Assembly (NCBI GenBank): GCA_040509895.1
Contig: JBEVKC010000142.1
Location: 1-46,295, forward strand
Origin: Novosphingobium sp.
GTDB lineage: Bacteria; Pseudomonadota; Alphaproteobacteria; Sphingomonadales; Sphingomonadaceae
Length of the DNA stretch: 46,295 nucleotides
Direction: 5' to 3'
The position numbers were made by a program, and so were the translations under genes. The notes beneath the pieces are model-generated. The model saw nothing but the letters and a program-made list of their open reading frames with translations. It did no database searches and had not been told where the DNA came from. Positions 9,257-19,953 of this stretch are shown here, one piece after another (the first letter of the stretch is position 1; each line of letters opens with the position of its first letter).

Positions 9257-11617
9257 TCAGGCCGAAGCAACCCGTGTGTATGCGCGCTGATGGAACAGGG
9301 CGGCGGCTTCTTCCGCAGGCATCGGACGCCCGAAGTAGTAGCCCTGGATCTTCTTGCAACCCAGCTTGCGGACGATCGCCAGTTCTTCCTCGTTCTCGAC
9401 GCCCTCGGCGGTGGTGGACATCTGCAAGCTGTCCGCCATGGCAACGACGGCGCGAATAATAGCGAGGCTTTCCGGGTTGCCGGTCGCAGCACCCTGCACG
9501 AAGCTGCGATCCACCTTGATGGTGGAGAAGCGCATGCGCCGCAGGTAGCCGAGCGAGGAGTAGCCAGTACCGAAGTCGTCCAGCGCGACGCCGCAGCCCA
9601 GTGCCATGACCTGCTCCAGCGAAGCGCGGGCATTGGTAGCATCGCGAACAAATGTGCTTTCGGTAACCTCGATCTCAAGCCGATGCGCGGGAAGACCGCT
9701 GACCGACAGCGCACCCACAACGCTGGCCGCGAAGTTCAGATCGAGGAGTTGTTCGCCCGACACGTTGACCGCCACCTTTATGTGGACCGGCCATTTCGCC
9801 GCCTCGATGCAAGCTTCGCGCAGAACCCATTCGCCGATCGGGACAATCAGGCGCGTATCTTCGGCCAAAGGGATGAACTTGGCCGGGCTGACGAAGCCAT
9901 GATCCGCGCTGTTCCAGCGCAGCAGCGCCTCGAAGCTGACGATCGTCTCCGAGTCGCTGTCCACCACGGGCTGGTAGTGCAGCACGAATTCATTGCGTTC
10001 GAGCGCGCGGCGCAGCGAGAATTCAAGCTTGCGGCGCTCCTCAGCATGGGCGTGCAGAGCAGGCTCATAGGTGCAGTGGCTGCCGCCGCCCTCGTCCTTG
10101 GCCCGATAGAGCGCAAGATCCGCGTTACGCATCAGCGTTTCGACAGTCGCGCCGTCGCGCGGCCCCATGGCCGATCCAATGCTTGCCCCGACATACAGCG
10201 TATGGTGATCGACCTCATAGGGCTGCGACAGCCGCTCGATCACCCGCCGCGCCACGCCGTTGACGTGTTCAAGATTCGACCCATCACGCACAACGATGGC
10301 GAACTCGTCGCCGCCAAGACGGCCACACAGTTCGTTCTCGGTCATCTGCTCGCGCAGACGCTCGGAAACGCGGGCAAGCAGTTGGTCGCCGACAAGATGG
10401 CCAAGCGTATCATTGACCGCCTTGAACCGGTCGAGGTCGATCATCATGAAGACGCAGCGTGTGCGCCATTGCTCGCCATAGCGCAGAGCCTCGCCCAGCG
10501 CCTCGGTCAGCATCATGCGATTGGGCAGGCCAGTAAGCGCGTCATACCGCGCCATGTGGGCGATCTTGTCGGAGCTTTCGCGCTGCTCGGTAACGTCGGA
10601 GCCCACGCCGCGGAATCCGTTGAACACGCCGTTATCGTCCAGCTTCGGCGTGCCCGACAGTTCCCACCAGCGCTGTTCGCCCTTGATCGTCACGCGCACC
10701 AACAGGTTGGAAAAACTCTCACGACGCTTCAGCTGTTCTGCAAGGTCATGCAAACTTGAAGGAAATTGGCCGGTTTCCCACGCCGGGCCGGCAATCAGCT
10801 GGATGAACGAATTGCCGTCTATGTCTTCGGGATCCATGCCCAGCGCATATGCAAAGCGCGGGCTGACCGAGCGAACCCGTCGTGACGGATCGATCTGCCA
10901 GAGCCAATCGGCTTCACCCTCTTCGAACTCGCGCAGCAAAAGCGAGACTACTTCGGACTTTTCGGCAAGCCCCGCCTCTGCCACCCGCGCGATGAGGTAG
11001 TTGCGCGCCGCCTGGATCGCTCCGATCGTCACCACTACGCCATAGGCCAGCGCCAGAATGGCCATGCCGAACTCTCCCTTGTGGAGAAAGTTGGTAACCA
11101 TCGCGAAGCCGACGATGCTGGTAAACATAAGCGTGCTGAGCGGCACTGCAGGCAAAACAATCGCAGTGACCGTGGTGAGCAACGAAATGATTGCCCACAA
11201 CTCAAGCCGGTCCAGCGGATCGCCGACGAATCCGAACAGCCCGATCGGAACCATCCATACGATGGCAACCAACATCGCGTTCTTGATCTGGCGGGTGGCC
11301 TCGTCGCGCGAAATGCGGCGACGGTCAGCGTCGATCAGGGTCCGGTCGTACCGTACGGAATGCCCAAGCGTTCCCGCCAAAAGCACGAACCAGCCCAGCA
11401 ACAGGCCCCAATGCACTGTATCCCAAAACAGCGCAGCCGTAGCCAGTGCCGCGATCGCGTGAGCAGCCAGGCGGGCCGTCGTATTCCGGGCGAGACTTGC
11501 GAATTGAAGCCCTCGCAGGCGAGGCCAATCGCCATCAACGGGGTCAACAATGCCAAGGACCGCCGAGACTGGAAGGTCCTTCGGTAACGACTGGGAGGGT
11601 TGCGCTGCTTGACTCAC
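9257..11617 (-). CDS. Membrane-anchored PAS-GGDEF-EAL c-di-GMP cyclase/phosphodiesterase
   Basis: Multiple N-terminal hydrophobic helices, a PAS-like segment (DWLWQID...FRGVGSDVTE), intact RLGGDEF, FEALLRW and DDFGTGYSSL. Confidence 0.93.
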   Translation of the reverse strand: MSQAAQPSQSLPKDLPVSAVLGIVDPVDGDWPRLRGLQFASLARNTTARLAAHAIAALATAALFWDTVHWGLLLGWFVLLAGTLGHSVRYDRTLIDADRRRISRDEATRQIKNAMLVAIVWMVPIGLFGFVGDPLDRLELWAIISLLTTVTAIVLPAVPLSTLMFTSIVGFAMVTNFLHKGEFGMAILALAYGVVVTIGAIQAARNYLIARVAEAGLAEKSEVVSLLLREFEEGEADWLWQIDPSRRVRSVSPRFAYALGMDPEDIDGNSFIQLIAGPAWETGQFPSSLHDLAEQLKRRESFSNLLVRVTIKGEQRWWELSGTPKLDDNGVFNGFRGVGSDVTEQRESSDKIAHMARYDALTGLPNRMMLTEALGEALRYGEQWRTRCVFMMIDLDRFKAVNDTLGHLVGDQLLARVSERLREQMTENELCGRLGGDEFAIVVRDGSNLEHVNGVARRVIERLSQPYEVDHHTLYVGASIGSAMGPRDGATVETLMRNADLALYRAKDEGGGSHCTYEPALHAHAEERRKLEFSLRRALERNEFVLHYQPVVDSDSETIVSFEALLRWNSADHGFVSPAKFIPLAEDTRLIVPIGEWVLREACIEAAKWPVHIKVAVNVSGEQLLDLNFAASVVGALSVSGLPAHRLEIEVTESTFVRDATNARASLEQVMALGCGVALDDFGTGYSSLGYLRRMRFSTIKVDRSFVQGAATGNPESLAIIRAVVAMADSLQMSTTAEGVENEEELAIVRKLGCKKIQGYYFGRPMPAEEAAALFHQRAYTRVASA

Positions 11618-11663
11618 CCCCCGACGTGTAACGGCAAATTATTAGCTTCGCGTAAACTGCGCC

Positions 11664-13487
<1,824 letters not shown>

Positions 13488-13540
13488 GGAGCGAAAGTGC
13501 CTTTATCGTAAGAGTTCTGTCAGATGCCGCGCCCGAAAGG

Positions 13541-14905
13541 TTACCCTTTCTTCTCGGCCTTTTTCTTTTTCATTGCATCGTGAAAGCGGTCTGCCCAGCC
13601 GGGCTTGACCAATTGCTCTGCCCGCACCATCCGCAGTTCCCCGTCGCCGACATCGCGTGAGACTGCGCTGCCCGCCGCGACAATGGCGTCTGCACCGATC
13701 CTCACGGGGGCGACCAAGGCGCTGTTCGATCCGATGAATGCGCGCTCGCCAATGATGGTCTTGTGCTTGAAATAACCATCGTAGTTGCAGGTGATTGTGC
13801 CAGCGCCGATGTTAGCCCCAGCTCCGACCTCTGCGTCGCCAATGTAGGTAAGATGGTTCGCCTTGGCACCCTTGCCCAGAACGGACTTTTTCACTTCCAC
13901 AAAATTACCGACCTTGGAATCCTCGCGAAGATCGGCGCCGGGACGCAACCGCGCATAGGGCCCGATCTCGACGCCGCTTGCCAAGGTCGCGCCTTCGAGG
14001 TGACTGAATGCGTGGATGGTGACACTGTCGGCAATGGTTACGCCCGGACCGAAGAACACGTTGGGTTCAACGAGAACATCCCGTCCCATCGCTGTGTCCC
14101 AGGCGAACCACACAGTCTCGGGCGCGACCAGCGTTGCGCCATCGTCCATCGCCTGCCTGCGCCGACGCTGCTGCCAGCGCGCCTCTGCCTCCGCAAGTTC
14201 GGCGCGACTGTTGACTCCCGCTACTTCGTCCGGATCTGCCGTCACCACCACGGCGCAACTGCGGCCGTCGGCATTGGCGATGTTTACGATATCGACGAGG
14301 TAGTATTCCCCCTGCGAATTGTCATTGCCGACGCGGTCCAGCAGTTCGAACAGCTCATCCGAGCGAACAGCCATGAGACCGGAATTGCAGAGGCGGCATG
14401 CCCGCTCCGCCTCAGTCGCGTCCTTGTGTTCCACCATCTTCAGGATGCGCCCATTTTCGGCGATGACGCGGCCGTATTGCAGGGTGTCGTCGGGCTCAAA
14501 ACCCAACACCACCACGGCTGGCGAGTCCGGCGCGTGAAGCCGCTCGATCATCGTCCTCATCGTCTCTGGCCGCACGAAGGGAACGTCTCCGTAAAGGATG
14601 AGCACATCGCCCGCGAACCCGCCAAGCGCAGCCTGTGCCTGCTGCACGGCATGGCCTGTACCAAGCTGCGGTTCCTGCACGGCAATCGCGGCCTGTTTGC
14701 CGAGCGCAGCTTCAAGCTGTTCGCGCCCATGGCCCGCCACCACGACCTGCCGCGTGGGTGAAAGCTCTGCCGCGCTTGCCATCAGATGCTCGACCATCGG
14801 CCGGCTCGCAATGGGATGCAGCACCTTATGCAGGTCGCTCTTCATGCGGGTGCCCTTGCCGGCGGCGAGGACAATAATAGCGAGGGGCGTATTCTGATCG
14901 GCCAT
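13541..14905 (-). CDS. glmU: Bifunctional UDP-GlcNAc pyrophosphorylase/acetyltransferase
   Basis: LAAGKGTRMKS, QLGTGHAV, hexapeptide repeats, GAGTITCNYDG. Start trimmed to MADQNTPLAII. Confidence 0.97.
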   Translation of the reverse strand: MADQNTPLAIIVLAAGKGTRMKSDLHKVLHPIASRPMVEHLMASAAELSPTRQVVVAGHGREQLEAALGKQAAIAVQEPQLGTGHAVQQAQAALGGFAGDVLILYGDVPFVRPETMRTMIERLHAPDSPAVVVLGFEPDDTLQYGRVIAENGRILKMVEHKDATEAERACRLCNSGLMAVRSDELFELLDRVGNDNSQGEYYLVDIVNIANADGRSCAVVVTADPDEVAGVNSRAELAEAEARWQQRRRRQAMDDGATLVAPETVWFAWDTAMGRDVLVEPNVFFGPGVTIADSVTIHAFSHLEGATLASGVEIGPYARLRPGADLREDSKVGNFVEVKKSVLGKGAKANHLTYIGDAEVGAGANIGAGTITCNYDGYFKHKTIIGERAFIGSNSALVAPVRIGADAIVAAGSAVSRDVGDGELRMVRAEQLVKPGWADRFHDAMKKKKAEKKG

Positions 14906-14965
14906 AATTATGCGCAATGCCAGCAAACGCTTGCCGATTCCACCATCGCGCGTCACTGCCCACCA

Positions 14966-15634
14966 ATGAATCCATTTCCTTTTGCAATTGTCGGCTTTGA
15001 TCTGGACGGCACGTTGCTTGACACCGCTGCCGACCTTGGCGAGGCAATGAACCACGCGCTGCGGAGTATCGGCCGTCCCGACGTGCCCGCAGAGCGGGTA
15101 CGCGAACTAGTTGGCGGGGGCTCACGCCGGATGCTGGAGCGGGCACTGGCGCTTACCGGCGGCATGGACGGCGCCGATCTGCCGTCCCTTCATGCCGTTC
15201 TGCTGCGCCATTATGAGGACAATATCGCCGTCCACTCCCGCCTCTTTCCCGGCGGCGAGGCAATGCTCGATGCGCTGGAGGAACGCGGGGCCACACTCGC
15301 CATCGTCACCAACAAGTTCGAATCGCTGGCGCACAAACTGTTGCATGAACTTGGATTCGCCTCACGCTTCTGCACGATCATCGGCGGCGACACGCTTGGC
15401 CAGGGACGTGCCAAGCCCGCCCCCGACCTCCTGCTGGAGATGGTTGCGCGCTGCGGTGGCGGCCGCGCAGCCTACGTCGGCGACACAACCTATGACACAC
15501 GCGCAGCGCAGGCGGCCGGAATGCCGTGCGTTGCCATCAGCTTCGGCTACAATGATCTGCCCCCGCACGAGCTCGGAGCCGATGCGGTGATCAATCATTT
15601 CGACGAGCTTGTCCCGGCACTCGAACGCCTTTGA
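14966..15634 (+). CDS. HAD-IA family phosphatase (phosphoglycolate phosphatase-like)
   Basis: FDLDGTL, VTNK, KPAP and YVGDTTYD motifs. Divergent from glmU. Confidence 0.88.
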   Translation: MNPFPFAIVGFDLDGTLLDTAADLGEAMNHALRSIGRPDVPAERVRELVGGGSRRMLERALALTGGMDGADLPSLHAVLLRHYEDNIAVHSRLFPGGEAMLDALEERGATLAIVTNKFESLAHKLLHELGFASRFCTIIGGDTLGQGRAKPAPDLLLEMVARCGGGRAAYVGDTTYDTRAAQAAGMPCVAISFGYNDLPPHELGADAVINHFDELVPALERL

Positions 15635-15638
15635 CGCG

Positions 15639-17057
15639 TCAGAAATCAAGCTGCGCGCGAACACCCAACGCGTCGGCCTGATAGTTTCTGTCGGTGCCCG
15701 CTGCCACGGGCGAATCCTCGATCCACAGGTGGCCGTAATTGAAGATGAGGCGGACGTAATCCATCGGTATCCACAGCACCGATGCCCCGGCAATCTGCTG
15801 GTTTCCGCCAATAATGCCGGCATCGTTCAGGTCGAGCCAGTCATATCGGGCGTTGAGCTGGATCGCTCCAATGCCGCCTGCGCTGACCGGATTTTTTGGC
15901 CGGATGCGATCATAGGCACCGCCCCTGTAGGCGGTCTTGTCGTCCGTTAGCAGGTAGCCCAGTTCAACATACCCACCATTGAACAGCGGGTCCTTCAGGT
16001 CTGGACGACGGGCCTTTATCCAATGGCTTTCCGCGGTACCATGGAGGCGCCCGTTCACATAGGCCAGTTCAAGCCCCATGCTGTTCTCGCCAGTGGCGGT
16101 GATATTGCCGGTATCGACCAGCCGGACATCGGCAGTGTGGACGAATGGACGCGCGCGGTAGCGGGTCGTCGTCGACTGATCGTTGAAGTCGCGCACATGT
16201 ATGGATCCGCCGACGTGCAACTGGCCGTCGCCGATGGTCGGCATGAAAATCACCCGCCCATCGAAGCTGTAGCTGTTGTTCTTGTCACTGTTCAGGTCGG
16301 CGGCATTATCGGTAAAAACGCCTCCCTGCACCAGAAAGCGCTTGTCCAGATAGACAGCGCTAACCCCGACCCGCCGCTCAAACCCGAACGCGGAGTTGAA
16401 GGCTGCACGCTCCATGAAACTGGTAAAAAGGTCAGAAGTCATTTCCTCCAGACCCCAGAACGGCTTGTGCTGGCCGACAGTCAGCGTGATGTCCCTGTTC
16501 GCCTTGTAGCTCAGGTACAGGTCCGTCAGATCGACCGAGGAATTGGCGAAGTCCGCCTCAAGGCGATAGGCAAAGCCGCCCGGCATGGTGCCGTCAAAGC
16601 CCATATAGGCGCGGCGGAACTCGGTCCCGAAGCCAAGGCTGTCCGACGTCGCCGGGGCAATGCCCGACGGCGCATTCACACCGGCAGCGTCGACCTGCAA
16701 CCGCCCGCGCGGCTTGAATGACCAGCCGTCAGCGGTTGCGATTTTGGGCGCGCCGTCAAAGGTGATCTCCGGGGCCGGCTTTTCGGCCTTGGCTTGGGCC
16801 GGCGCACTTGAGGCAGCAGCAGCCGGTGCAGAGGCCGCCGCCGCTGCCCGCGCTTCCGCAGCATCAGCGCGCGTCTTTTCCTGCTGGACCCGGCCTTCGA
16901 GGGAGTTGACCCGATTCTCCAACTTGTCGATCTGCGCACGCATCGCCGCCAGTTCCTGCTGGATGGCAGCACTCTCGGAAGATTGCGCCTGCACGGGCAG
17001 TGCCCATCCTACGGAAACGGCAAGGGCAATCGCGGAGATGCGGGCAGTGCGGATCAT
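15639..17057 (-). CDS. OprO/OprP family phosphate-selective porin
   Basis: Signal peptide, N-terminal coiled coil, RGRLQVD and EFRRAY motifs, C-terminal aromatic residue (RAQLDF). Pho box upstream. Confidence 0.88.
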   Translation of the reverse strand: MIRTARISAIALAVSVGWALPVQAQSSESAAIQQELAAMRAQIDKLENRVNSLEGRVQQEKTRADAAEARAAAAASAPAAAASSAPAQAKAEKPAPEITFDGAPKIATADGWSFKPRGRLQVDAAGVNAPSGIAPATSDSLGFGTEFRRAYMGFDGTMPGGFAYRLEADFANSSVDLTDLYLSYKANRDITLTVGQHKPFWGLEEMTSDLFTSFMERAAFNSAFGFERRVGVSAVYLDKRFLVQGGVFTDNAADLNSDKNNSYSFDGRVIFMPTIGDGQLHVGGSIHVRDFNDQSTTTRYRARPFVHTADVRLVDTGNITATGENSMGLELAYVNGRLHGTAESHWIKARRPDLKDPLFNGGYVELGYLLTDDKTAYRGGAYDRIRPKNPVSAGGIGAIQLNARYDWLDLNDAGIIGGNQQIAGASVLWIPMDYVRLIFNYGHLWIEDSPVAAGTDRNYQADALGVRAQLDF

Positions 17058-17114
17058 TGGGGTGTCTCCCTGGGCAGGGTCGTTCGAGTCGTGAGGCGGC
17101 CCTAAGACCGTTAC

Positions 17115-17143
17115 ATGACATTTATTTGACAAGAATTTGAAGC
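17115..17143 (-). promoter_or_regulatory. Pho box (PhoB binding site), three heptads at 11-bp period
   Basis: Minus strand reads GCTTCAA-ATTC-TTGTCAA-ATAA-ATGTCAT, against the consensus CTGTCAT-N4(AT-rich)-CTGTCAY. About 58 nt upstream of the porin start. Confidence 0.75.
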
Positions 17144-17291
17144 AACCTGCCTGCGCCGCCCTTACGGCGCGCGACAGAATTCCGATCACCATTGAAAGCC
17201 TTGGTACATCGTGCCATCCCGCGCCGGCATTTCAGCAATCCGGCGCAAATCCGATGTCGATCCCGGTCCCGAGAATACAGCGGAGCATGAC

Positions 17292-18194
17292 ATGAGCATA
17301 TCCTTCACGGACAAGGTCGCCATTGTCACCGGAGCGGGCGGTGGGCTGGGTCGCGCCTACGCGCTCGAACTGGCCCGCCGGGGAGCACGCGTCGTGGTCA
17401 ACGACCTTGGCGCGTCACGCGACGGAACCGGTCACTCGGATGCTGCACTTCAAGTTGTTGAAGAAATCAAGGCGGCTGGCGGCGAGGCGATCTCAAACGG
17501 CGGCAGTGTCACAGAATACGACCAGATGGAGGAAATGGTCGCCAAGGCAAAGGAAGCCTGGGGCGGCGTCCATGTACTGATCAACAACGCCGGCATCCTG
17601 CGCGACAAGACCTTCGCAAAGATGGAACCGGCCGATTTTGAAATGGTCGTGCGGGTACACCTATTGGGGTCTGCCTTTGCTACCAAGGCGTGCTGGGAAA
17701 CCATGCGCGAACAAAACTACGGCCGGATCCTGATGACCACGTCATCGAGCGGGTTGGGAGGCAATTTCGGCCAGTCCAACTATGGCGCGGCAAAGCTGGG
17801 CGTCGTCGGACTCGCCAAGACGCTGTATCTTGAAGGGGCGAAGAACAACATCCGCGTCAATTCGCTCGCCCCGACGGCGGGCACACGAATGACGGAAGAC
17901 ATTTTTCCCGAAGAGGCCTTCAAGGCGTTCAATCCTGAAAGCGTGGTTCCCGCCGCCTTGTTCCTGGTATCCGAAGACGCACCGACCAATGCCATCATAG
18001 GAGCCGGGGCCGGGGTCTATCAAAGCGCGTGGGTCACGATGAACAACGGCATTCTCCTTCCCGAAGCAAACCATACTGTGGAAGGCTTTGCTGCCGCTTG
18101 GGACCAGATCAGCGACCGCACCGGGGACCGCGTGGTGCAAAGCGGGATGGAGCAGTCGATGCATGCCATGAAAATGCTGGCAAAAGGCGGCTGA
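17292..18194 (+). CDS. SDR, MFE-2/HSD17B4-like 3-hydroxyacyl-CoA/3-oxoacyl reductase
   Basis: TGAGGGLG, VVNDLG, NNAGILRD, GNFGQSNYGAAK. GGAG RBS. Confidence 0.9.
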   Translation: MSISFTDKVAIVTGAGGGLGRAYALELARRGARVVVNDLGASRDGTGHSDAALQVVEEIKAAGGEAISNGGSVTEYDQMEEMVAKAKEAWGGVHVLINNAGILRDKTFAKMEPADFEMVVRVHLLGSAFATKACWETMREQNYGRILMTTSSSGLGGNFGQSNYGAAKLGVVGLAKTLYLEGAKNNIRVNSLAPTAGTRMTEDIFPEEAFKAFNPESVVPAALFLVSEDAPTNAIIGAGAGVYQSAWVTMNNGILLPEANHTVEGFAAAWDQISDRTGDRVVQSGMEQSMHAMKMLAKGG

Positions 18195-18207
18195 CGCGAA
18201 GGCGCCC

Positions 18208-18591
18208 CTACCCCTCAACCACCTTCAGCAGCCGCCGTTCCAGCGGGAACAGCACGCCAGCCAGTTCGTGCCCGCGCTTTAACACCTGGCCAGCTTCGCC
18301 AAACAGGGTCCACATGCCCTGCTTCTGGCGGAGCGAAGGACGCTTTTCGATGCGGGCCTGCGGTCGTTCCGCTGAACGGCGGAAGGCGCAGAAGCTGGCA
18401 GCATCCTTGCCGAAATCCATAGCATAGTCGCGCCACTCTCCGGCGGCGACCATGCGTCCGTAAAGGTCGAGGATGCGCTGAATCTCAAGCCGGTCGAAAC
18501 CGACCTGCAAGATTCTGTCACTTGGCCTGAGACTGGGAAACGCGATGACCGTGGCGCTGGAACCGTTCGAACCTGTTCCGTTTGCCTGCAT
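18208..18591 (-). CDS. DUF2794 family protein
   Basis: ILDLYGRMVAAGEWRDYA and IEKRPSL...GQVLKRGHEL, a conserved alphaproteobacterial family usually found after cysE. Confidence 0.8.
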   Translation of the reverse strand: MQANGTGSNGSSATVIAFPSLRPSDRILQVGFDRLEIQRILDLYGRMVAAGEWRDYAMDFGKDAASFCAFRRSAERPQARIEKRPSLRQKQGMWTLFGEAGQVLKRGHELAGVLFPLERRLLKVVEG

Positions 18592-18597
18592 CCGCGC

Positions 18598-19305
18598 CTA
18601 GCTCCTTGTCCGCTTGCGCGCTGCGGGGACCTCATCGCTCTTTGCGACACCGCGCTCGCTCAACAGCGCTTCTACTTGCGCCCTCAACTGAGCGACCTCT
18701 TCCTCAAGATCCTCAATGCGGCCGCTCGGCTCGCACGGTTCCTTGCAGGGCGTGCCGTAGGGGATAAAGTCCTTCTGCCAGGTTTCGGCCGCGACCAGCG
18801 TTGAACGCGCCTTGACGCCAACCATCGTCGCGCCTTCCGGCACGTCATCCGTTACCACAGCGTTGGCGCCAACCCGGGCCCGCTGACCGACTATGATTGG
18901 GCCCAAAATCTGGGCACCCGAACCGACGATGACGTTATCTTCCAGCGTCGGGTGACGCTTGCCGCCCTTGCCGTTTGCGGGATTGGTCCCGCCAAGCGTA
19001 ACACACTGATAGATCGTCACATTATCGCCGATCTCCGCCGTCTCCCCAATGACGGTGAAGCCGTGATCAATGAACAGGTGACGGCCGATCTTGGCCCCGG
19101 GATGAATGTCGATCCCGGTCAGGAAACGGGCGGTGTGATTGACGAAGCGGGCAAGGAAGTACAGCTCCGCCTCGAACAGCCAATGGGCCACCCGGTGCCA
19201 GGCGACTGCCCAAAAGCCCGGGTACAGCAGCACTTCCCAACGCGAACGGGGCGCAGGGTCACGTGCGACGATGGAATCCAGATAGGCGATAATTCTTGCC
19301 GGCAT
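18598..19305 (-). CDS. cysE: Serine O-acetyltransferase
   Basis: RDPA, GIDIHPGAKIG, FIDHG, VTLGGT...KRHPT. Confidence 0.93.
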   Translation of the reverse strand: MPARIIAYLDSIVARDPAPRSRWEVLLYPGFWAVAWHRVAHWLFEAELYFLARFVNHTARFLTGIDIHPGAKIGRHLFIDHGFTVIGETAEIGDNVTIYQCVTLGGTNPANGKGGKRHPTLEDNVIVGSGAQILGPIIVGQRARVGANAVVTDDVPEGATMVGVKARSTLVAAETWQKDFIPYGTPCKEPCEPSGRIEDLEEEVAQLRAQVEALLSERGVAKSDEVPAARKRTRS

Positions 19306-19334
19306 TGCCTGCGAATCCTCCCATTTTCCGCCCC

Positions 19335-19949
19335 TTAAAGCAAGCGCGGCTGGCTATGCCCCAGAATTTCCTCAAGGGCGTCACGCCAGATTGACAGTGT
19401 GGGCGGCGCCTTGCGCTCAAGGCTCAGCCTGTCAATGGCCGCTACCAGCCGTTCGATGCCCAGATGGGATCGCTCGCAGCGCGGGACAAGGTATGAAACT
19501 GCATCCTGGCCCAATATGAGGCCGTGCCGCTCCGCATGGGCAGCGATCAGCTGCGCCACCATGTCATCATCGGGCGCTTTGATCTCAAGCTGCATGGCCG
19601 CGCCAAGGCGTGATCCAAGGTCCGGCAGCGCGATCTGCCACTGCCCTTCGCCCCGGCCAACGAGCAAAAGCGGCGTCCCGCTTTCCTGCGCACGGTTCCA
19701 GAGATGAAACAGCGCGGTTTCATCGCTCTTCCACGCGTCATCGACTGCGTGGCCATAGCCTCTCTCATAAAACCAGCGCGCGAGCAGCGACTTTCCCGAA
19801 CGCGGCGGACCCGAAAGGATCGCGGTGCGGAACGGCCAGTCGCCTGCCCGGGCAAAAGCCTCCAGCACCGCAGCATTGGCGCTGCCGACAACGATCCGCT
19901 GGGGGCTTGCGCCCGGTCCGGCCGCAAGCGGGAGGGCGAACTGGGACAT
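19335..19949 (-). CDS. hdaA: DnaA regulatory inactivator HdaA/Hda
   Basis: N-terminal clamp-binding motif QFALPL, Walker A GPPRSGKS, LFHLWN and PDLGSRL. Sits next to purM as is usual. Confidence 0.85.
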   Translation of the reverse strand: MSQFALPLAAGPGASPQRIVVGSANAAVLEAFARAGDWPFRTAILSGPPRSGKSLLARWFYERGYGHAVDDAWKSDETALFHLWNRAQESGTPLLLVGRGEGQWQIALPDLGSRLGAAMQLEIKAPDDDMVAQLIAAHAERHGLILGQDAVSYLVPRCERSHLGIERLVAAIDRLSLERKAPPTLSIWRDALEEILGHSQPRLL

Positions 19950-19953
19950 TGAC

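Noticed and set aside
9290-10759. 489-aa plus-strand ORF
   Set aside because: Antisense to the GGDEF-EAL gene with no recognisable family.
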